Positions 1 to 9,896 of a stretch of 64,000 bases of DNA are shown here, in pieces. Numbering within the stretch: position 1 is the stretch's first letter; every line of letters begins with the position of its first letter. Position numbers and translations under genes: made by a program. The DNA is from an uncultured Methylomirabilota bacterium (lineage in GTDB: Bacteria; Methylomirabilota; Methylomirabilia; Methylomirabilales; 2-02-FULL-66-22): the NCBI GenBank assembly GCA_963845565.1, contig CAWJSJ010000005.1, forward strand, positions 832,001-896,000, given 5' to 3'. The notes below the pieces were generated by a model. It saw only the letters and a program-made list of their open reading frames with translations. It was not told where the DNA came from and searched no databases.

Positions 1-391
1 CGCGGCCGACACCGTCCGCCAGATGCTGGAGGTCCTGCCTCCGATGCTGACGGCGATCATCTTCCGGGTCGATCGGATGCGGGCGGCAACCGCGGACGGG
101 TTCCTCAACGCCACGGACCTGGCCGATTATCTGGTGACGAAGGGCGTGCCGTTCCGGGAAGCCCACGAGATCGTGGGCCGCATCGTGCGCCAATGCGTCG
201 AAGCGGGCGAGCGGCTGGAATCCCTCCCCCTGGCGCGGCTTCGGCAATTTTCGCAGGCGTTCGGGCCCGACGTCGCGAAGCAGATTACGCTCGATGCGTG
301 CGTCGAGCGGCGCCAGTCTGCCGGCGGCACCAGCTCGCGCCGGGTGGCCGAGGCCATCCAGGCGGCCAAGCGGACGCTGCGCCGGCCATGA
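1..391 (+). CDS. argH: argininosuccinate lyase, C-terminal part (5'-truncated by window)
   Basis: NATDLADYLVTKGVPFREAHEIVG motif and the GGT..V C-terminus typical of ArgH. Confidence 0.95.
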   Translation, partial: AADTVRQMLEVLPPMLTAIIFRVDRMRAATADGFLNATDLADYLVTKGVPFREAHEIVGRIVRQCVEAGERLESLPLARLRQFSQAFGPDVAKQITLDACVERRQSAGGTSSRRVAEAIQAAKRTLRRP

Positions 392-1476
392 AGTCCCGCC
401 GTCCGCAGGCACGGGCGCTCTGGGCGGCTGCGATCCTTGCCGCACTGCTGGTCGTGGTGCCGGCGTGTGGGCGGAGGGGCCCGCCGCTGCCACCGCGCCC
501 GATCGTGCCGGCCATGGTGGGCGACTTCCGGGCCGAGCCCCGCGAGTCCGGCATCCTGTTGAGCTGGACCAGGCCGCGCCGGAACAACGACGACTCACCT
601 CTGACCGATCTTCAGGAATTTCGCCTCCTGCGGGCAACCGGTCCGCTGGGGACAGCGGGCGTCACGCCATTTGCGTTTGCGCTGCGTGCCACGATCCGGG
701 CCGAGCAGCCGGGCGGCGCCGGCGCGACGCGTTCGCTCTATACATATCGCGACGATGCGGACGGGCAAGGGCTCGCCACGGGTGTCCAGTACCGCTATCG
801 CGTTCAGGCCGTCAACGGTCAGGGCGTGGTCGGAACGCCGTCGGCGGAGGTGGTCGTGGACCTGATCCCCGCCCCGCCCGCGCCCGCCGGTGTCACGGCC
901 GCCGCCGGGGACGGCACCGTGGACTTGGCGTGGCAGGCTTCGTCCGTCGGGGATCGATCCGGCGTGCCATCCGTCAAGGGCTATAACGTCTATCGAGGGG
1001 TCCAACCCGGCGTGTATGGGCCCCAACCGATCAACGCCGCCCCGATTCCCGAGACCCGCTTTCGGGATGCAGGCGTCGGAAACGACACCACCTACTATTA
1101 CATTGTCCGCAGCGTGGCGGGCGACCGTCCGCCCTGGCGAGAAAGCGGGGACTCAGCCCAGGTGTCGGTGACGCCGCAGGACTCCGTCGCGCCGGCGCCG
1201 CCCGCCGGCCTGGTGGCGATCCCCGGGGAACGCGACGTGGCCCTGACGTGGCGCGCCAATCGCGAGGCGGATATACTCGGGTACCTGGTGTACCGGCGCG
1301 AGTTGCCTCAGGTGGTTTCCGTTCGGCTGACGGACCAGCCGATTCCCGGGACGACCTTCACGGACCGCACCGCGCGACGCAGCGCCACGTATGTCTACAC
1401 GGTGACCGCCGTGGACCGGTCGGCGCATCGCAACGAGAGCGCTCCTTCCGCAGAGGTCGAGGTCTCGCTTCCCTGA
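388..1476 (+). CDS. lipoprotein with LptM/YifL-like lipobox and ~3 fibronectin type III domains
   Basis: ATG overlaps the argH stop (ATGA); signal peptide ends VPA-CGRRGPPLPP; repeated L.W..., GY.VYR, F.D, Y.Y.V.AV FN3 patterns. Confidence 0.8.
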   Translation: MKSRRPQARALWAAAILAALLVVVPACGRRGPPLPPRPIVPAMVGDFRAEPRESGILLSWTRPRRNNDDSPLTDLQEFRLLRATGPLGTAGVTPFAFALRATIRAEQPGGAGATRSLYTYRDDADGQGLATGVQYRYRVQAVNGQGVVGTPSAEVVVDLIPAPPAPAGVTAAAGDGTVDLAWQASSVGDRSGVPSVKGYNVYRGVQPGVYGPQPINAAPIPETRFRDAGVGNDTTYYYIVRSVAGDRPPWRESGDSAQVSVTPQDSVAPAPPAGLVAIPGERDVALTWRANREADILGYLVYRRELPQVVSVRLTDQPIPGTTFTDRTARRSATYVYTVTAVDRSAHRNESAPSAEVEVSLP

Positions 1477-1510
1477 CGCGGACCAGGCCCCCTGGTCGCG
1501 AGATGCCCCT

Positions 1511-1537
1511 TCAGTTCCGCCGGCAATCTTCCGATAC
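1511..1537 (+). promoter_or_regulatory. candidate sigma28 (FliA) promoter
   Basis: TCAG-N15-TCCGATAC resembles TAAA/TCAAG-N15-GCCGATAA; lies 40 nt before ATG 1577. Confidence 0.55.
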
Positions 1538-1576
1538 TCCGGACAGGCGGGGACTTTCGCCGGGACGGAGTCACTC

Positions 1577-1939
1577 ATGTTTGACTTTCTGAGTGGACAG
1601 ATCCTCAGCGTGGTGGCGGCCCGCCGCTCCGGGAACGCGGATGGAGCGCTCGCCGAACCCCGGCGCCAGGCAGAACTCCAGGCGCCGAAGGTCCCGGTCG
1701 CGCGTGGGACCGCGTCCGAGGATCAGGTCGTCCTGAGCGGGGCGACTCCACCGCCCGCGCCGCCGATTCCGGTTAAGCCGAGCCAGCCCACCGAGACCGG
1801 GAATCGTGTCCAAGAGGCCCTCCGGCGACTGCGCGCGCTGCGGCGCAAGTCCCGCCACGACCCCCCTGATCCCGACCAGGCCGATCACGAGGAGGAGGAT
1901 TCCCCGTCCGCCGGCCATCGGTTCGATCGCTGGGCGTGA
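1577..1939 (+). CDS. hypothetical protein, possibly flagellar regulon (D.V.LS motif and C-terminal GHRFDRWA)
   Basis: GGAG RBS; ORF fills the intergenic space; preceded by the sigma28-like promoter. Confidence 0.6.
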   Translation: MFDFLSGQILSVVAARRSGNADGALAEPRRQAELQAPKVPVARGTASEDQVVLSGATPPPAPPIPVKPSQPTETGNRVQEALRRLRALRRKSRHDPPDPDQADHEEEDSPSAGHRFDRWA

Positions 1940-2091
1940 CCGCCGGGGACGCCGCGCGCCGCGGCGATGCCGGCCACATGGTGTGCCGGCGCGAGGGGGA
2001 ACCGCCCGCCCGCCGATTTCCTATCGCGTTTCGGGGAGGGGGTATGGTATGAGAGACGCGGGTTGGGAGAGGGCGATCACCAGGAGGATGA

Positions 2092-2322
2092 ATGCCGGTG
2101 TGGCAACGGCTCAAGCAGGGGTTTTGGCGAGTCATTCGCGCGGCGATGAGCTGGATGTCGCTCCTGGCGATTCCGCTCGGCATCGGCGTCGGGCTCGCGG
2201 GGTATCGCACGCTCGGCGCTCTCCTAGTGCTGGGCGGAACACTCGCCTATTTCCTGGTGGACCCGATCATGTTGTTCCTGGATCTGCTTCCGTCCAGGAC
2301 GTCCCGATTCCGGAAGAAGTGA
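2092..2322 (+). CDS. small two-TM membrane protein
   Basis: AGGAGG RBS; two hydrophobic segments. Confidence 0.6.
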   Translation: MPVWQRLKQGFWRVIRAAMSWMSLLAIPLGIGVGLAGYRTLGALLVLGGTLAYFLVDPIMLFLDLLPSRTSRFRKK

Positions 2323-2339
2323 TTTCGTAACGGCTCCTA
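2322..2339 (+). repeat. repeat family B, right-arm-only fragment (ATTTCGTAACGGCTCCTA)
   Basis: Matches the 3' arm of the copies at 3631, 21754 and 50114; starts at the stop codon of 2092..2322. Confidence 0.75.
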
Positions 2340-2366
2340 CCAAACTCTGACGACAGGGAGGTCCGC

Positions 2367-2702
2367 GTGGAGACGAAGAAGAACAAATTCCAGGCTTACA
2401 TCCGGAGCGACGACGCCGAGCGATTCAACGCCGAGATCGCCGCGCTGGTCGGGCCCGTGGATCTGGAGAACTGCGACCTCTCCAACCAGGATCTTCGACG
2501 CTTCAATCTTCGGAGCGCGAACCTCCGCAACGCGTACCTGAAGATGGCAGACCTGCGCGGGGTGGACCTATCGAACGCGCAGATGGACGGGGCGTCCATC
2601 AACCGGGCGCACATCAGCGGTGCGTTTTTTCCGCGGAGCATCCCGGCCCAGGAGGTCTTGCTCTCCGTCGAGCACGGTACGCGCATGCGTGCCGCCCCGT
2701 GA
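2367..2702 (+). CDS. pentapeptide repeat protein
   Basis: A(N/D)LxxA repeats (ANLRNAYLKMADLRGVDLSNA); GGGAG RBS. Confidence 0.85.
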   Translation: METKKNKFQAYIRSDDAERFNAEIAALVGPVDLENCDLSNQDLRRFNLRSANLRNAYLKMADLRGVDLSNAQMDGASINRAHISGAFFPRSIPAQEVLLSVEHGTRMRAAP

Positions 2703-2736
2703 CCGCTGCCGCGAACCGTGTCGAAGGGTCCGTCCC

Positions 2737-3630
2737 GTGATCAACCCCCCCCGCGTCCTCGTGTTCGGCTACAGCGAGGTTGGGTGCGCCGGTTTTGACC
2801 TGCTGCGCCGTCGCGGCGCGCACCTCGTCGGAGTCTTCACCCACCAGGACGACCCCACCGAGGCGCGATGGTTTCGGTCCGTCGCCGCGCTGGCCACGCA
2901 GGCCGGAGTGCCCGTCTTCACGCCGGCCTCCCTCGCGGATCCGGAATGGGAGTCGCTGATCTGCGATCGGCTTCGCCCGGACTTGATTTGTTCTCTGTAT
3001 TACCGCCACCTGATTCCCACGCGCCTCTTTCGCACCGCCGGGCTGGGTGCCGTGAATCTGCACGGCTCGCTGTTACCCAAGTACCGCGGCCGGGCCCCCG
3101 TGAACTGGGCCGTACTGCATGGCGAGACGCGGACCGGAGCGACCCTGCACCACATGACCGGGCGAGCGGACGCCGGCGACATCGTCGATCAGGAGGCGGT
3201 GCCCATCGGGCCTCGCGACACGGCGGGGGAGGTCATGGCGAAGGTGGCGGAGGCGGCGGTGCGAGTGCTCGATCGGCAATTCGACAACCTGGTTCGCGGG
3301 ACGGCGCCGCGGCACCCTCAGGATGAGGCGCTGGCGACGTGTTTCGGGCGGCGCACCCCGGAGGACGGCCGCATCGATTGGGTGTGGCCGACGAGTCGGA
3401 TCTTCAATCTGGTGCGCGCGGTCACGCGGCCGTATCCCGGGGCGTTCGCCGACTGGCCGGACGGCCGCCGCCTGATCGTGTGGTGGGCGGAACCGGAAGC
3501 CCGCCAAGCCCCGCCGGGCGCCCTCCTGCGCCCGCACCCCCCGATCATCGCCACGGGCGACGGTGCGGTGCGCGTCACCGACTTCGAATGGCGGGTTCCG
3601 CCCGCCGCCTCCGCCGAGGCTGCGCGCTGA
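2737..3630 (+). CDS. stand-alone formyltransferase (ArnA N-terminal / Fmt family)
   Basis: VFGYSEVG, VFTHQDDP, NLHGSLLPKYRGRAPVNW, NLVRAVTRPYPGAF motifs; GTG start at 2737 inferred. Confidence 0.85.
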   Translation: MINPPRVLVFGYSEVGCAGFDLLRRRGAHLVGVFTHQDDPTEARWFRSVAALATQAGVPVFTPASLADPEWESLICDRLRPDLICSLYYRHLIPTRLFRTAGLGAVNLHGSLLPKYRGRAPVNWAVLHGETRTGATLHHMTGRADAGDIVDQEAVPIGPRDTAGEVMAKVAEAAVRVLDRQFDNLVRGTAPRHPQDEALATCFGRRTPEDGRIDWVWPTSRIFNLVRAVTRPYPGAFADWPDGRRLIVWWAEPEARQAPPGALLRPHPPIIATGDGAVRVTDFEWRVPPAASAEAAR

Positions 3631-3732
3631 GCCGTTGTCAAAGAATACATTGAGCGGAGACATTCCAAAACGGCACAAGGAGCCGTAACGAAATAGAAAG
3701 AGATGTATAGGTTATTTCGTAACGGCTCCTAA
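3631..3732 (+). repeat. repeat family B (REP/MITE-like, ~100 bp), copy 1
   Basis: GCCGTTGTCAAAG...GGAGCCGTAACGAAAT-loop-ATTTCGTAACGGCTCC-TAA; near-identical copies at 21754 and 50114. Confidence 0.9.
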
Positions 3733-3759
3733 GGACGCCGGGGAGAGAAGCGGTGCGCG

Positions 3760-4515
3760 CTACAGATGCCGGATGCGACCGAGATACCGCTCGAGCAGAC
3801 GCTTGTTCCAGGCATCCCCGCCGGGCGCGTTGGCGCTGACCCAGACGGGGGGATCGATCCCCGCCCGGACGAGTTTCTCCACCACGCCGCATACCAGCAC
3901 ATTCAGCACGTACACGTTGACCAGCGTCGAGATCCCGGCCACCTTGTACGGGAAGCCGGGGATGTCCACCACGGCATCGCCCGCCGGGATGCCCGTGTCG
4001 ATGGCCAACTCCGCGATCTCGTGGAGGTTCTCCTTGCTCGTGTGCCGGGCGGGGTGGTCGGCCGCGACGCTGGCGGGAAACTCGAACGACGTCACGGCGA
4101 TGACCCGGGTGCCGCGCTCGCGACAGGCGTGCACGGTGTCGATGGTGAGCGCGTTGACCCCGTAGGAATTCACGAGGAGGAGCGTGTCGTCCTTGCCCAC
4201 CTGGTAGTAGTCCAGGACACCCTTGGCGTACCCGTGCATTCGCTCGATCTTGGTCGCCTTGGTCGCGCCGTGCATCAGGGAGAGTCCCGGGTCGAGGATG
4301 ACGGCGAAGGCGGCCAGACCGCCCGCCCGCCAGAGCAGTTCCTCCGCCGACCGGTTGTCGTGACCCCCAGTCCCCCAGACGTACACGAGCTTTCCCTTCC
4401 CGATGTCGGCGGCGAGGAGGGTCGAGGCCTGCTCGATCCGCTCGGCCTGCGTGTCGATGATGCGGCGGCAAAGCGCGGTGAGTGTTTCGAGGTACTGCGC
4501 GGCGAACTCCTGCAT
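3760..4515 (-). CDS. SIS-domain sugar-phosphate protein (UPF0309-like)
   Basis: VWGTGGH..AEE..RAGGL, ER..G, NSYGVN, D..ID....GDA motifs; ATG at 4515. Confidence 0.85.
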   Translation of the reverse strand: MQEFAAQYLETLTALCRRIIDTQAERIEQASTLLAADIGKGKLVYVWGTGGHDNRSAEELLWRAGGLAAFAVILDPGLSLMHGATKATKIERMHGYAKGVLDYYQVGKDDTLLLVNSYGVNALTIDTVHACRERGTRVIAVTSFEFPASVAADHPARHTSKENLHEIAELAIDTGIPAGDAVVDIPGFPYKVAGISTLVNVYVLNVLVCGVVEKLVRAGIDPPVWVSANAPGGDAWNKRLLERYLGRIRHL

Positions 4516-4535
4516 GGTCGTCTCCACCCTTTCCG

Positions 4536-5836
4536 CTAGATGTCCCGCAGGGAATCCTCGATGATGTTCAGCGCCTCGTCGATGTCGCCGTCGGTGTGCT
4601 GCGACGAGAAGCCGTGGTGCATGGTGTGGCCGTAGTCGTGGAGGTAGAGGCCACGCCGGACGCAGCCCAGGATGAACTTCACCTCCATCTCCCGGTTGGT
4701 TCGGACCGCTTGGCGATAGTCGGTCACCGGCTCGGTCACGCCCAGGTAGAGACCGAAGCGCGCGCCGATCCCCTGGACCACGCCCGGGACGCCCGTGACC
4801 TTGAGCGCCTCGCCGATGCCGCGAGTACAGCCGATCGGCCAGGCGGTCGATGTGGGGGTAGAACTCCGGTTTCGCGATCTCGGTCTGGCAGGCGATGGCG
4901 CCCATCACCGCCGTGAGGTGCCCGGTGTAGGTGCCGCTCATGATCGGTCCGGCCGACGGGGTTCAGGACCGACATGACCTCGCGCGTGCCGCAGACGGCC
5001 GCGATGGGGACGCCGCCGCCCAGGGCCTTGGCCAGGGTGCACAGGTCCGGCGTCACACCGTAGTACTGCTGGGCGCCGCCGCGGCACATCCGGAAACCCG
5101 ACAGGACCTCGTCGAAGATCAGGACGATGCCCTCGCGGGTGCAGGTCTCCCGCACGAGGCGCAGGAACTCCGGGGAAGCCGGGATGCAGCCCTGGTTGTA
5201 GGAGATCGGCTCCAGGATCACCGCCGCCAGCGCGTCCTTGTGGGCGGCGATTGCCCGGCAGAAGGCGTCGGGGTCGTTGAAGGGAACGACCACGACGAGG
5301 TCGCCCATCGCCTCGGGCATCCCGTCGGAGTCGGGCAGGGGAGCGACCGTGCCGTCCGGACGCCGCTCGCCGACCCCCGCCGAGCAATTGTACCAGAGGT
5401 AGTCGTGCATGCCGTGGAAGTGGCCCTCGAACTTGAGGATCTTCGGCTTCCGGGCGTATCCGCGGGCGATCCGGATGGCGCCCATGGTCGCCTCGGTTCC
5501 GCTGTTCGCGAAGCGGATCGTCTCCGCGCACGGAACTGCCTCGGACACCATGTCGGCCAGGCGGGAGTGGTATTCGGTCTCTCCGTTGCAGATGACGCCG
5601 ACATCGAGCGCCTGCAGGATGGCCGCCCGGATGGCGGGGTGGTCGTGGCCCAGGAAGTTGGCCCCGCTGCCCGTGAAGAAGTCGATGTATTCCTTGCCGT
5701 CCACGTCCCAGAATCGGGATCCCTTGCCGCGGGCCAGGTAGAGCGGCCGCTTGAGCAGGGGGTGCACCCGCCCGCCCGCTCCCGCGCCGCCGATCAGGTG
5801 CCGTTGCGCCGACTCGTAGAGTTGCTCACCTCTCAT
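4536..5836 (-). CDS. class III PLP aminotransferase (glutamate-1-semialdehyde aminomutase-like); 2 frameshifts (~4945, ~4820)
   Basis: GSRFWDVDGKEYID, FANSGTEA, FEGHFHG, LIFDEV.SGFR, LAKALGGG; SGTYTGH continues in another frame. Confidence 0.85.
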
Positions 5837-5846
5837 GGCTCACCTC

Positions 5847-7159
5847 TCATCGGGACTTCGTCGTTGGATGGTCGGTCGCCAGGACGATCCGGCCTTGCTG
5901 CGCCATCAGCCGGCCGTCGCGGAAGACCATCTCGGGCTGGCGGAGCGCCCGGATGTCCTGCAGCGGATCGCCGGCCAGCAGGATGAGGTCGGCACGCTTG
6001 CCCGGCCTCCACGGTACCGATCTCGGCGTCGAGTCGGAGCGCGCGGGCTGACTCGGTCGTGGCCATCTGCAGCGCATCCATGGGACTGAAGCCGGCCCAG
6101 CGCACGAGGATCTCCACGGCCCGCGCCATCTCCTGGAAGCCGGGCCAGGCGTCGCCGCCGGGCCAAGGGCCGAACGCGGCATCCGTTCCGAGGAAGACCG
6201 TCACGCCCTGCGGCTCGCATCTGGTGCAGGAACGGCCAGCGCACCTTGAGCATGTTCAGCCACCACTGCTCCTCCGGCGTGGGGGGCACAGCGGACTCAT
6301 CGGGGAACAGGTAGGGGCGGGGAATGATGGCGTGATCCACGCGGACGCCGTGCTTCACCATCCAGTCCACGGCGGTCGCGTCCGTGACCGTGGTCCTGGG
6401 GTCGGCGCCGATCCAGGAGCAGTGCTCGATGGTGTCCACGCCGGCCTCGGCGGTGAGCCGGATGCTGTCCGTGGAGATGGCGTGGACCGCCACAGACAAC
6501 CCGAGGCGGTGGGCATCCTCGACGGCGGCCCGCACCTCGTCCAGCGTGTACTGCGAACGCGCGATGTTCGTCCCAGGGGTGGTCGTGCCGCCGCTGACGA
6601 TGAGCTTGATGAAATCCACGCCGCGGGCCGCCAAGCCTCGGACAGCCTTCCGGATCTCGTCGGCGGAATCCACGCCCCAGTCGGAGTAGATGTGGCCGGC
6701 CGTTGTGGTGATGGGTCGGCCGCAGGCGAGGATCCGCGGCCCGATGAACTGCCCGGCGGTGATCGCGTCGCGCAGCGCCAGCACCGTGTAGTCGTCGGCG
6801 CCGCAGTCGCGCAGCGTCGTCACGCCCGCAGCCAGCGCGAGCTGCGCGAACTGCGCGGCGCGGACGAGCTGGCGCTCGGGGTCCCGCTGCAGGAGCCGCG
6901 TCGTGTAGTCCTTGGCGGAGTACGCGGTGTAGAGTCCCTTGTCCCAGGTGATGTGGACGTGGCCGTCGATCAGGCCGGGGAGGATCGTTTTGCCGTCCGC
7001 CCGGATGGTGGGCGTATCGGCAGGGATGGGGACCGACTGGCTCGGTCCCGCGGCAGCGATCCGCCCGTCGGCGTTTAACAGGACCGTGCTGGAAGGGACG
7101 GGGGCCGGAGCGACTCCGTCGAGGAGCTGCGCGCCGGTGATTGCCAGGCGAATTGTCAT
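5847..7159 (-). CDS. metal-dependent amidohydrolase (prolidase/imidazolonepropionase-like); 2 frameshifts (~6205, ~6005)
   Basis: PGLIDGHVH, GVTTLRD, DFIK, VAVHA, IEH, GTDA and GKRADL motifs spread over three frames. Confidence 0.85.
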
Positions 7160-7340
7160 GGGGCGATTCTCCCTGGGGCCTGCACCGCACCGCAGCCGCC
7201 ATTGCCCATCGTCCATCGTGTGTTCGTCGGCAGGATCGCTCACCCGTCGAATCGATGTCAAGTCAAAAGGGCTGCGCCGTGGAGAAATGCAAGGGGCGCC
7301 GCGGCTCACGCCACGGCGCCCCGGGGCAATCATCGTCTTC

Positions 7341-7495
7341 TAGCATGTTGCTGCGAAGTGTGCTGTTGCTCAGGCTGCTCAAAAAGGCCCAGATGCAAGG
7401 CGGCACGCCAAAGCCCGAGCGAGGCGTACTGGAAGTACGTCGCAGCGAGTGGCGAGGCGGGCCAACGCAGCAGATGAGCCTTTTTCAGCAGCCTG
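7341..7495 (-). mobile_element. repeat family A (MITE-like, TIR CAGGCTGCTGAAAAAGG), copy 1
   Basis: Terminal inverted repeats at 7371 and 7495, internal GGCGTAC-N5-GTACG hairpin; three further copies in the window. Confidence 0.85.
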
Positions 7496-7500
7496 GGTCT

Positions 7501-8584
7501 CTACTTGCCGTCCGGGTTGGGGAGCATGAAGTCCCGGATCATGTTCACGAGGTCGTGGTACGACGTGGTGAACGCTCGGAGCGTCCGGACGGTGGCGCCG
7601 TAGCCGTCGAACTCCTCGACGGTCATCCCGTCGGGCTCGTAGGCGCGCCGGAAATCCGCGAACTTCTCGTACAGGATGTCGAAGGCCTCCTTGGGCACGG
7701 GGTTCTGCATCCGGTCCGTGACCTCGACGTCGGAGCCGTTGAAGAGCACCTGCCACTCGTACGGGATGGTCATGCTGAGGTCCCCGCCGATCAGCTCCGA
7801 CCAGTGCATGTGGTGCCGATAGGCCGCGGCCAGGAGCCGGGTGCGGTAGCCGCGCTTCTGGTAAATCTCGTAGGCCTTCTTCATGGCGGCGACGCCCGCC
7901 CAGTGGAGGGCGCCCGGATCCACCACGATGTTGTCTCGCTTGGCCACAACCTGCATCCAGTCGTCCAGCCGACCGATCATGATGGTGCAGACCGGGGTCA
8001 TGTCCGCGACGGGCTTGCCCTCCTTCGCGCGCCGGTTCAGGCCGCGCTCCACGGCTTCGGCCACGGCGAGGGCCTGGGGGACGGTAAAGGAGACGGTGGC
8101 GTTGATGTTCACGCCGTGATACGTCGCCTCCTCGACCGCCGCGACGCCGGCCTTGGTGGCGGCGAGCTTCACCTGGATGTTCGGCGCCAGACCGTGGAAG
8201 TAGATGGCCTGCTTCACCATCCGGTCTGCGTCCCGGTACCACTGGGGATTGGTCTGGATGGACAGCCGCCCGCGCAGGCCCTTCCGCTGCTCGAAGACGG
8301 GCAGGAGGACCTTGGAGCCGCGGACGCCCGACCTCCTCGTACACCTGCTGGGCGATCTGCTCCTCATCCCATGTCGGATGCTCCGCGATGACCTGCTTGA
8401 TCCGATCCTTCCATTCGCCCAGTGCGCCCTTGAGGACGGTGTAGACGATGAAGGGATTCGAGGTCGCCCCGGTTGCGCCGTGCTCGATGGCGTAGGTCAG
8501 CTCCGGCACCGAGCAGGAGTCGTTCCAGAACTCGGTGGGCGTGGTGGATACGGTTTGGTGGAGCGGACTCTTATACTTCCCCAT
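7501..8584 (-). CDS. transaldolase family protein; frameshift ~8325
   Basis: FWNDS, GATSNP, GRLSIQTNP, NIQVK (Schiff-base Lys), GVNINATVSF, MIGRLDD. Confidence 0.9.
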
Positions 8585-8609
8585 GGTTCCTCCTTGTTGA
8601 ACGGTGGCG

Positions 8610-9896
8610 TTATTTTCCCATGACTAGATTTGGCAACCAGGTGACCAGCGGTGGGAAGACCGTGATCAGGCCCAGCACCACCAGCAGGGGAATCAGAAAA
8701 GGAGCCGTGCAGCGCACGACTTTTTCAAAGGAGAGGCCGCCGACCTGCACCATGACGAACAGGATCACACCGAAGGGCGGTGTGAGTAGGCCGATCATCA
8801 GGTTCAGGACCATGATGACGCCGAAATGGACCGGGTCGACCCCGACCTGGGTGACGACCTGCATCAAAATGGGCCCCAAGATCAGGATGGCCACGATGGT
8901 CTCGAAGAAGCAGCCGACGATTAACAGAAACAAATTGATGATCAAGAGCAGCGTCAGTGGGTCCTTGCTGAAACTCAGCATGGCTTCCGCCATCGCCGCT
9001 GGGGTCCCGGTCCGCATGAGCAGCCAGCCGTAGAACGACGCGGCGGTGACGATGAACCCGATCGCCGCGGTGTCCTTGGCCGTGCCGATGAACGCCTCCA
9101 CCAAGTCCTTCCACTTCAGGTCTCGGTAGATGGCGGTGCCCAGGATGAGGGCATAGGCCACGGCTACGGCCGCCGCCTCGGTCGGGGTGAACCAGCCAGT
9201 CCAGATGCCGCCCAGCAGGATCACAGGGGTCATGAGAGGCAGGAAGGCGTCAATGGCGGCTCTTAGTATGATGCGCGGGGTCGGGAAGGGCGCCCGTGGG
9301 TAATTCTTCTTCTTGGCGTAGAGCCATACCATAACCATGAGGGCGAGGGCCATCGCCACGCCGGGCACGACGCCACCGAGGAAGAGCCGTCCGACGGACA
9401 CCCCAGCCACGAGACCGAAGATGACCATGGGGATGCTAGGCGGGAAGATGGGGCCGATCGTCGAGGAGGCCGCTGTGATGGCCACGGAGAACTCGCGGTC
9501 GTACTTGGCCTCCTCCATCGCCTTCAATTCGACCTGGCCCAACCCGGCCGCATCCGCCACCGCCGCTCCGGACATGCCGGCGAAGATCAGGCTGGCCACG
9601 CAATTGGCATGGCCGAGGCCGCCAGGAAGAAAGCCGACCATGGTGGTGGCGAAATTGAACAGGCGCGTGGTCACGCCCGAGGTGTTCATCAGGCGCGCCG
9701 CCAGGATGAAGAGGGGGATCGCGAGGAGCAGGAAGTTGTTGATACCGTACATCATCCGCTGGGCGATCATGGGCACGTTCATGCGGGCGCCCTGCTCGAA
9801 CAGGTAGGCAACCAGGCCGGAGAGGCCCAGCGAGATGGAGACGGGAGTGCCGAGAATGAGAAAGGCGATGAGGCCGACGGTGATGATGTAGGTCAT
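8610..9896 (-). CDS. dctM: TRAP transporter large permease (copy 1)
   Basis: LLAIPLFILA, FAGMSGAAVADA, IFPPSIP, FTPTEAAA, DPVHFG, GLLTPPFG. Confidence 0.95.
   Translation of the reverse strand: MTYIITVGLIAFLILGTPVSISLGLSGLVAYLFEQGARMNVPMIAQRMMYGINNFLLLAIPLFILAARLMNTSGVTTRLFNFATTMVGFLPGGLGHANCVASLIFAGMSGAAVADAAGLGQVELKAMEEAKYDREFSVAITAASSTIGPIFPPSIPMVIFGLVAGVSVGRLFLGGVVPGVAMALALMVMVWLYAKKKNYPRAPFPTPRIILRAAIDAFLPLMTPVILLGGIWTGWFTPTEAAAVAVAYALILGTAIYRDLKWKDLVEAFIGTAKDTAAIGFIVTAASFYGWLLMRTGTPAAMAEAMLSFSKDPLTLLLIINLFLLIVGCFFETIVAILILGPILMQVVTQVGVDPVHFGVIMVLNLMIGLLTPPFGVILFVMVQVGGLSFEKVVRCTAPFLIPLLVVLGLITVFPPLVTWLPNLVMGK

Noticed and set aside
4536..5836. Calling the aminotransferase hemL
   Set aside because: The fold is similar, but the catabolic context and divergent N-terminal and substrate motifs argue for a paralog; no symbol assigned.
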